Positions 15,909-24,400 of a DNA stretch of 26,648 bases are shown here, piece by piece. The DNA comes from a virus (lineage: Duplodnaviria; Caudoviricetes). The notes below the pieces were generated by a model, which saw only the letters and a list, made by a program, of their open reading frames with translations, was not told the DNA's origin and made no database searches. Each line of letters starts with the position of its first letter. Positions within the stretch are counted from its first letter, which is position 1. The stretch spans positions 1-26,648 of the IMG/VR virus record IMGVR_UViG_3300047668_000467; one strand, 5' to 3'. The translations under genes were made by a program, and so were the position numbers.

Positions 15909-17088
15909 GGGAAACATATCCGAAGCCTCAAGGGCTTTAGGTTTACCACGACCTACACTAAATAGCAGGCTGGAGAAAGCTAAGCTAAACAACATAAAGT
16001 CTACAGTCAAGGCGGCAGGTACAGAAGCAGCTTTAACTGAGCAGAAGATTACGTACGATCTTCAGATAAAAGAACTGAAGCAACAAGTAGATGAGTTAGC
16101 TAGAGAAAATATCACAGCCAATGCTATACGTAAGCATGTCTTTGGTCTAGCTGAGCATGAACCCAAGCCACCTAAGTGGACACACAAATCCACACCAGCA
16201 AAGGGGGCACCAGGAATCCCAACGTTATTCATATCAGACTTTCACTGGGGTGAGGTTGTAACGAAAGCTAACGTCAATCACTTGAATGAGTATGACCGTG
16301 CTATAGGGCGTAAGCGTGTAGAGTTTACTATTAATTCTGCAATTGATTTATGTACTAACCACATGGTTAATCCTAACTACCCTGGAATTGTTATGCCACT
16401 AGGTGGTGACATGATTAGTGGTAGCATACATGATGAGTTGATTGAGACTAATGATGGCACAAGCATACAGCATGTGATTGAATTGGTTGATGTATTATCC
16501 TCAGCTATAACTAAACTCGCTGATGTGTTTGGTAATGTATTTGTACCATGCGTCATTGGTAATCATAGCCGTATGTATAAACAATACAGACACAAGCAAG
16601 CAGTAGAGAGTAGCTTTGATTGGTTACTATACAACATGTTAGAGAAGTATTTCTCTAAAGACAAACGGGTTAACTTTTTAATACCTACTTCATACGATGC
16701 ATACTATAAGATATATAACCTTAGTTATTTATTAACACATGGTGACAGGCTAGGTGTACGTGGTGGTGCTGGTATAGTAGGAATGCTTGGGCCTATAGCA
16801 CGTGGTGTGCAGAAAGTCAAGGCAGAATATGCTAACCAAAAGAAACCAATTGACTATGTATTAATGGGTCACTTCCATCAGTACATATCTTTGAAAGATG
16901 CTATAGTTAATGGCTCAATCAAAGGGTATGATGAGTATGCTTTATCTGGCAGGTTCTCGTACGAAAAACCACAGCAAGCCTTATGGTTTACACACCCTAC
17001 ATATGGTATAACATTTCAAGTACCAGTACAAAGTGAGCCACATGTAGCTAAGAAACCTACTGAATCGTGGGTATCGTGGACTAAGTAA
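15862..17088 (+). CDS. Fis-like HTH plus coiled coil plus calcineurin-like metallophosphoesterase
   Basis: GNISEASRALGLPRPTL; SDFHWG, GGDMISG, GNH, THGD, GHFH motifs. Confidence 0.85.
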   Translation: MTDILQDAVNALVLAKGNISEASRALGLPRPTLNSRLEKAKLNNIKSTVKAAGTEAALTEQKITYDLQIKELKQQVDELARENITANAIRKHVFGLAEHEPKPPKWTHKSTPAKGAPGIPTLFISDFHWGEVVTKANVNHLNEYDRAIGRKRVEFTINSAIDLCTNHMVNPNYPGIVMPLGGDMISGSIHDELIETNDGTSIQHVIELVDVLSSAITKLADVFGNVFVPCVIGNHSRMYKQYRHKQAVESSFDWLLYNMLEKYFSKDKRVNFLIPTSYDAYYKIYNLSYLLTHGDRLGVRGGAGIVGMLGPIARGVQKVKAEYANQKKPIDYVLMGHFHQYISLKDAIVNGSIKGYDEYALSGRFSYEKPQQALWFTHPTYGITFQVPVQSEPHVAKKPTESWVSWTK

Positions 17089-17092
17089 GGGG

Positions 17093-17121
17093 TTGCATTT
17101 GCCCCCTTTATATGATATAAT
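17093..17121 (+). promoter_or_regulatory. sigma70-type promoter for lysis region
   Basis: TTGCAT-17 bp-TATAAT with TG extension; -35 lies in loop of AAGGGG...CCCCTT inverted repeat. Confidence 0.7.
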
Positions 17122-17142
17122 AATCACTCACTAAGGAGAAAT

Positions 17143-17262
17143 ATGGAACAAGAAATTAAAAACCCTATGCCAGTAGGTATAGACTTTGATCTAGGTAAAG
17201 TAAAAATTGGTGGCGACGCTGTTAAAGTTGAACCACCTAAAGAAGAAAACAAAGACAAGTGA
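17143..17262 (+). CDS. small hypothetical protein (39 aa, MEQEIKNPMPVGIDFDLGKVKIGGDAVKVEPPKEENKDK)
   Basis: Translated by hand; TAAGGAG RBS. Confidence 0.65.
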   Translation: MEQEIKNPMPVGIDFDLGKVKIGGDAVKVEPPKEENKDK

Positions 17263-17381
17263 AACCTTGCGATAATTGTGATCACGAATGCCATTGTAGT
17301 AATAGTGGTTCTTGTTGTGGTGGGGAATGCCATTGCAACTCATGTGATCACGCCGAAGTTTACGAGCCAAACAATGCTTAA
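17259..17381 (+). CDS. metallothionein-like Cys/His-rich micro-protein (40 aa, MKPCDNCDHECHCSNSGSCCGGECHCNSCDHAEVYEPNNA)
   Basis: Translated by hand; GTGA overlap with upstream stop, stop overlaps ATG 17374; 9 Cys and 4 His within 28 residues. Confidence 0.7.
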   Translation: MKPCDNCDHECHCSNSGSCCGGECHCNSCDHAEVYEPNNA

Positions 17382-17877
17382 AGATATAATAGGTGGCATA
17401 GCTAATCTCTGGTCTAGAGGTGACGAAGAAGCGGAACAACCTACTATGTTTAATAACCCAGGTAATATAGAGATTGGTCAGGGTTATGCAGGAGAAACTG
17501 GAGATACATATGCAGATAGATTTGTAGTATTTGATTCACCGCAGATGGGAGTACGTGCTCTTGGTAGAGATATCAAGACAAAGATAAATAGATTTGACGG
17601 AGACTTGCAATCTATTATTAATCAGTACGCACCACCTAATGAAAATGATACTGATAACTATTTTGAATTTGTAAGAGATCAAGTTGGCTCTGATACTATA
17701 ACAGAGAACGATTTGGGTGCAGTAGTAAGGGCGATAATAACAATGGAAAACAAACCTGAAATTGCCGCGCAATATTTAGATGACTCAATATTTAATGAGG
17801 GTCTAGAACTTGCTCAAATGGGTTTCGATCAAGGTGTATCTTTGGATGAAGCTCGCAAACTTTTAAAAAAAAGGTAA
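17374..17877 (+). CDS. lysozyme-like putative peptidoglycan hydrolase (NNPGNI family)
   Basis: NNPGNI...F..FDSP..G.RA...II..YAPP.ENDT..Y...AI..ME; start moved to ATG 17374. Confidence 0.7.
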   Translation: MLKDIIGGIANLWSRGDEEAEQPTMFNNPGNIEIGQGYAGETGDTYADRFVVFDSPQMGVRALGRDIKTKINRFDGDLQSIINQYAPPNENDTDNYFEFVRDQVGSDTITENDLGAVVRAIITMENKPEIAAQYLDDSIFNEGLELAQMGFDQGVSLDEARKLLKKR

Positions 17878-17880
17878 ATT

Positions 17881-18024
17881 ATGAAACTACTTAAAGACAC
17901 GTGGTCATGGATTAAAGAATGGAATGATTGGGGAATGAAAGACTGGATTAAAGCTGGTATCATTTGCGCAGTTGTTTTGTTTATTGTTTACAAGATGACA
18001 TCAGGCGGATCACCCGCAGTATAA
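17881..18024 (+). CDS. small membrane protein (47 aa, MKLLKDTWSWIKEWNDWGMKDWIKAGIICAVVLFIVYKMTSGGSPAV)
   Basis: Translated by hand; AAGG RBS; amphipathic N-terminus plus one TM helix; between hydrolase and holin-like gene. Confidence 0.65.
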   Translation: MKLLKDTWSWIKEWNDWGMKDWIKAGIICAVVLFIVYKMTSGGSPAV

Positions 18025-18031
18025 ATAATCA

Positions 18032-18049
18032 ATGCCCCTTCGGGGGCAT
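18032..18049. terminator. stable hairpin ATGCCCC-TTCG-GGGGCAT, possible terminator (T-rich tail only on - strand)
   Basis: 7-bp GC-rich stem with cUUCGg loop; - strand continues TGATTATTTAT. Confidence 0.55.
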
Positions 18050-18063
18050 ACTAAAGGAACACA

Positions 18064-18495
18064 ATGGGAATACCAGTAGAATTAATTACTATACTAGGCT
18101 CTAGCGTACTAGGTGGCGTGATGTCACTATGGGGGCAGAGCATAAGAGCTAAGCAAGAATCTCAAAAATTATTAATGGCTCGTGGTAAATTTCAAATGGC
18201 GGCTATAGAAAAAGCCCGTGCCTATGACAACCCTGGATTCCAATGGACACGAAGGATCATTGCTTTGACAGCAATATTTTCTATTATAGTATGGCCTAAG
18301 ATTGCACCAGTATTTTTTGATGTACCTATCGCATTGACATGGACTGAATTTAGCAGGGGCTTTTGGTTCTTGATTGAGAAGAAAGAAATTATAATGGATA
18401 GGGAATTTACTGGTATAGTTATTACCACATTAGATACTCACTTAATGAGTGCGATCGTTGGATTGTATTTTGGTGGTAGTCTAGTTAAAAAATAA
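18064..18495 (+). CDS. putative holin-like membrane protein
   Basis: AAGGA RBS; N-terminal Gly-rich hydrophobic helix, WTRRII TM segment, C-terminal AIVGLYFGGS reminiscent of 3-TM holins; near hydrolase. Confidence 0.55.
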   Translation: MGIPVELITILGSSVLGGVMSLWGQSIRAKQESQKLLMARGKFQMAAIEKARAYDNPGFQWTRRIIALTAIFSIIVWPKIAPVFFDVPIALTWTEFSRGFWFLIEKKEIIMDREFTGIVITTLDTHLMSAIVGLYFGGSLVKK

Positions 18496-21400
18496 TTACT
18501 CAAGACCTAACGCTTTTCTCTGCGTTATATCCTTAACTATATTAAGACCACTCTTATTAGCTATTCGTATATCATTATACGTTGCTTCTAATGCAGACTT
18601 AACTAAACTATTTAGATCAGGGAAAATCATATCAGCTATATCTTGTTTACTATTCCACTTATATAGAGCCCTAGTTAATTCGTTTAACCTTACTTGACCT
18701 TTACCCGACAAGCTACTGTTTCCCGTTTTAGATCCTACAAATATATCTCTGTATGCATTAGTAATTTGTGCATTAACTTTTTGTCTTTTACTTTGATTAC
18801 GAGTAGCGTTTAATCTTTCTTGGTATAAAGCTTCTCTAGATCTCTTAGCTCTTGCTGAACCAAAACCCATACTCTGATAAATACTTTCCATTATACTAGC
18901 ATCATCTACTAATACACTACCATAGTTTGTTTCAACAAAACCTTTACCTATTGATTGGTCGTAAGCTTTGTACAAGTTACGCACGAATAAAGGCGATGAC
19001 TTAAATGCAACATCAACTAAACTTTCTCCTTCACGCATAGCTTGAGTACCTTCTCTTATAGCAGTCATGAATACAGACCCAGGTGCCCCCGCAAAATCAG
19101 CAGGACTACCGCCAGGTGTTAACCCTAACAGACCTGCTATAGCTCTTACTTGTTGTGAACCTGGGACGTTACCTAAAGATACACGACGTTGTACATCTAT
19201 ATTTAATCCAGCTTCTATAATACCATTCTCCATTGCATTGATTAAACCCGGACCAAAGCCTGCGTTGTATAGCATCTCTCTCATTGCCGCACGTAAATCA
19301 GTTTTTAATCCTGTGCCTACTACTGGTGCTTTTTCTATCATCCAGTTAGCTAGCTCTTCAGCATCATCAGATCCTGGTAAGCCAAACAAACCACCAGTCA
19401 ACATTAACATAACTAATATTTTAGCAAAAGCTTTTCGTCCCGCGGCTTTTTGTGCAGGAGTACTGCCTTTAGTTAATAACCTATTCAGTAGTGCAAACAT
19501 CTGACCTATATAAGTTTGGAACAATGCAGGTACAGACATCATACCACGCATGATTTGTGGTCTATTCATTTTACCATACACACCGAAGGTATCATCTATC
19601 ATAGTACGTGCTATAATTTCTGGAGTTAATACTCCATTGTTATCGTTAATCATTCCTTGTACTATCTGATCACCTTGATACATTTGATAAAAGTTTTCCC
19701 TAACTGCAGGATCTTGAGCTAATCTATATGACGCCATGTATGCAGTCAATCTAGATATAGCTTCCATTGTATTGAATGGTCCACCTATTACCATTGATTC
19801 AAAGTTACGGAAAGCACTCTCGGTGTCCATGGCTTTAACTCCAGGATCTTGTCCTGTTTCTTGTAATGCTTGTCCTTGTTTAATATAAAATGGCATGTCG
19901 TTAAGGATAGCTTCTTTAACATCAGCAGGAGTTTTTTCCCAATCAATAAAGACATCACCATATTCATTCTCAGTGAATGATAACATGGATGTAGCTTCAG
20001 CTAATGCTTTAGTTAATTCTTTACCAGCTTTAGCAGTGCTGGATATTTGTGATAAGATAGGACCTGTAAATTGTACAGCTGAAAATATTTGTAGAGCAGC
20101 AGACGATAAATTACCACCTAAGTACCACCAAAATCCTAGTCTTCTTATTTGTGCAAACTCTTGATGCGGATCATTACTATATGTCCACCACTTATCTAAA
20201 GCAATGCCCATTTGTTTGTCATCTTTTTCTTTTACATATGTTTCTAAAACTTTCTTTCTTTCCTCAGCTTCATTCATAAATCTACTACGTGATGCGTACC
20301 TTGCACCCATGTAACCAAATTGATTAGCAGCTCTAGCAAAATCAGGACTATACCCGGGCACACCACCAACCCTTTGTCTAGGTGTAAAGAATTGATCAAA
20401 GCCTATTATGTTTTTATTATTTTTAGCTAAGTCTTTTAAATCTTCTTCTAATTTTTTAAATATTTCTGCTTTAGGTTCAGTTAAATATTGAGCTAAATCT
20501 ATTACAGTTAAAGACCCTTGTTCTAATTGTTCTTTTAATTTGTCAGCATCTAATTCTATGGTAGGATTTACTTCTACCCCTACATCATCTCTATACTGGC
20601 TAATATATTTTTGCCTAGCTTCATCCGCTGCTCTTGCACTTTCATAGTGTTGACGACGAAGAATGTATTTAGGATTTAAAGTTACAAGTTTACCTTTGTA
20701 TTTAAATGCCCCCTTGTCTTTAGCTGTAGCTTTTAAGTATTGCTCTTGACTTTTATCTACTATAGTAACAACAAACTTACCATACCTCATGAGTGGTACG
20801 TAATCTGCTTTCTTAAAGTCTTCAAAATTTCTAAGCTCACCTGCTAATTTTGTTAAACCAGTAGTGTTATCTCCTATTAAACTTACAACATCGGAAAGTT
20901 CATCAGCAGTTAACGCAGATCTATCTATAAATTCTGCATCAGAATTTTCTACTAATCTTCTTAAACCTTTAACTAATTGTATTACTTCTCCATATTCCAT
21001 GTTCTCAATCATATCGTTAGTCATGTTAGGTGGGAAGTTAGGTACATATACTTCTGATATTGCTCTGCCTTTATGAGCATTTAATTTTTCAATAGCTACT
21101 TTGATCTGTTCAACGTAACCGCCAGCAATCATACCTCTTATTTGTTCTTTAGCCATATACATCATAGCTTTTTGATAATCAACATAAGCTTGTGCAGCAT
21201 CTCCTTCTAGTATAATAACTTCACCTGGCGAAATTTCTAATCCTTCAGGGCTGTTCTCAGGACTAGCATCCATAGGTGCGCGGAAAATTATTCTGCCTTC
21301 TGCATCTGGTACAAATCTTTGGTCAGGAAAAAAAGTAGATATAGCTTGAGCTCTGTATAACGCTTCACGTAATGCATCATCTTTAATTATATTATTATAT

Positions 21401-24400
21401 GTACGCATGATACGTTGGTAGTTAGCTTGTATTCTTTTAGCTTTAATACCCATGTCTTCTACTGTACGCCATAGTCTTTCAAAGAATGCATTGTCTTTAG
21501 CCCACTCTCTAACAAAGCCAGCAATCCTACTAAACTTACTAAGTTTTTTTGGAGTTAAACTAGTACTGTCTTTGTTGTACAATTTAACTTCTTCTTCCAT
21601 AGCTTTACCCATCTTAGAATTAAGTGCACGTTTCTGTTGTCTGTTCATTGGTATGTATCTATCTACTGGGCGTTCGCCTGGAACAGCTTGCCATTGATTC
21701 ATAGCCATCATATTTTTTTGACGTATGCCGTACGTCCCGTCATTGAATACAGATTTAAATTGTTCTGGTTTAAAAGCTATATAAGAATCAGATGGTGGTT
21801 CTTTTACTAATACTTCCATCTCAGCTTCTGTAAGTTCTTGACTAGGATCAATAACTCCTGTTGCTTTATTAGCCAGCATAGCTACTGCTTTTTTATATAT
21901 AGATTTATGTTTATACTCTCCTTCGTTCAAGTATACAATACCATCATACCCTTTGCTTTGAATTAACTTAGTTATATTATCAAACTCCCCAATAACAAAT
22001 CCATTTTCTTCTAACATTTTTAATTGTGAAGGGCTAAGCTTAGCCTTGGCATCATTAATAATTTTTGTTTCTCTATTAAATTCTCTTTGAGTAATGACAC
22101 CTCTATTAAGTAATGATTGTAATACTGTCGCAGGATCCCATGTTCCGAAGTCAAGTAAACGCAAAGGATTTTTTATATTTAAGAATCCTTTAAATGTGTA
22201 ATAGTCATAAGGAGATGCTTGTTTGTTTTCAACAAAAGTATCTATAGTTAATTGGTCAGGTGTAAAATGAAAACCAAAATCTCTAGTTCTATCTTTATCA
22301 AATATTGTAAATGGTACTTGCTGGCTGCTGTCTCTGGTATCTGGTGTTGTGTGCATCACAATCAAGGGGGCACCTTTTGTGTCAACGACTGCACTAGGTC
22401 TGCCACCACTATTAAACCATTTGAAAAAGTTTTTAACATTAGTTATAGTTGGTTGCTTTGTAAATAAAGCACGAGTTCTAGGAGCAAAACCTGCTAGGTC
22501 TGTGCCACTGTATGGATTATTAACTATAATACTTGTAGCATTATCCCCAGTTAAATATATATTAGTTGCTCTTTGCATGCTAGCATAACGTGCACCTACT
22601 AGACCTAAGTCTATTGCATTAAAAATATTTTCTGGTGTATTAAATCTATTTTGTGTTAACGCATTACCTAATGCAATTAAGTATTGTTTAAGTTTAGCAA
22701 AAGCTTTTGCTATAGCCCCGCCTGTTTGGTATCTGCCTGTCATAAACTCAGCAAATGCATCGGAGATGGCTTCTTCTATTTGTGTAGCTCTATCTAATTC
22801 TGGATGACGCTCTTCTATTTTGTATTGTTTAATCCATGTATCTCTTGCAGCTTTTTCTAAAGCCATGTATTCTTGTTTAGTAAAGAATCCTTCGTTACGC
22901 AGTAGGTGCATAACTTCATGGTGTAGTGTGTAGTTTAACGCATCTGTTTTATTTAAGTTAGGTCTGAGTTGAGGCACTGCATTGTATGCTACCTCTACTC
23001 CTTTAGAACCTAAGATGTAACGACCAGCTAATGCTTGACCATCTGCTTCAATCCATGGTAATAAATCTAATTTAATATCTAAAGATAATTTAGATATAAT
23101 ATCTTTTAATGATTGTAAAACTTTTTGAGAATTTTCTGCAAAGTCATCTGTAATTCTAGGCTCACCTGCATTCTTTGCCCACAGTTCATACCTTCTTATA
23201 TAAGAAGTAGGTTCAGAGAAAGAAAAGCTTCTTGCTTTCTTTTCAATTCTTTTTAATCTAGCATCCCTAGTAGTTAATTGACCCCATTCACTTTCAAGCA
23301 CTGGCTCTTCATTAAATGTCATTAACAATTCGTTAAACCTTAGACGACCCTTATCTATATTTGATACATGAGTTTCGTACATTGTTATTTCTTCAGCACT
23401 AAGACTAAAGTCTTTTGTATTTGATAACCTTTCCATTTCTTCCAAAGCTACACGTTTAGCTACTGGACTATATGTCCCTACAATCTTGCCATTGTGTTTA
23501 ATAACATGAGCTTTTCTTCTTATTCTATCAATTTGTTTTTGAGTAGCATTAGCGTTAGTCATGTCATTTGAAAATAAATAAGCCGTCTTAAGTCTTTTTA
23601 ATTGAGACAATTGCTTACGTTCTAATCCTGTTATCCATGCCCAACCTTTCGGATCAAGTAAATGTAACAACTCCCTTAGCTGTCTAATTCTATCACCTAC
23701 TGGTGTATCAAATATACCTTCACCTAATTGCGATTGTCTTTCTTCTGTAGATAAAGGCTCAATAATATTTTCACCTGTTATTATTTTTTCTTTACGTTCT
23801 CTTGTCCCTTTAGTTTCTGTTTCGTATCTTACCTTGTCATTTAAAATATCTTCTAATCTTCTACGACCTCTAGTTAATTTACTATTACCTATAACTCTAG
23901 TGTCATCTATTAAATCTTCTACTAAGGCTTGACCATTAGGTCCATTGTAACCTAATTCATTTAACTCATCTCTTTCATCTGAAGTTAATTGGTTACCTTC
24001 ATCGGCTACATAATTTTGTATAGTAGAATATCTTTGTTGATCCCATCCTTCTTTAGAGAAAGCATCTTTTAAATCTTTATTAGCTATGGTATTATATTTA
24101 CCGTAAGCTCCATCAACCTTACCACCATTTTCTTCAAATGATTCTTCTAATCCTAACTCTCTCCCGTTTTCAAAATCTCCATCTGCAAAGAATTGTGCAA
24201 ATCTTTCTGTACGTGGTGAATTATTTGTTTGAAATATAGAGTATAGTCCTCTTATTAAAGCTTGATCTTCTCTTTGATTTATTAAAGTAGCTACATTGTT
24301 TGTTACCCATTCTTCTTTTTCTTCAGATAAATATTCATTTATTGCTGCATCAGAATCTGTATTAGTGTATCCTCTTTGTTTCCATGCTTTTTTATTTTTT

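Noticed and set aside
17278-17373. Hydrophobic N-terminal extension of the hydrolase as a signal anchor
   Set aside because: No RBS at 17278; better explained as the alternative frame of the Cys-rich micro-ORF, though not fully excluded
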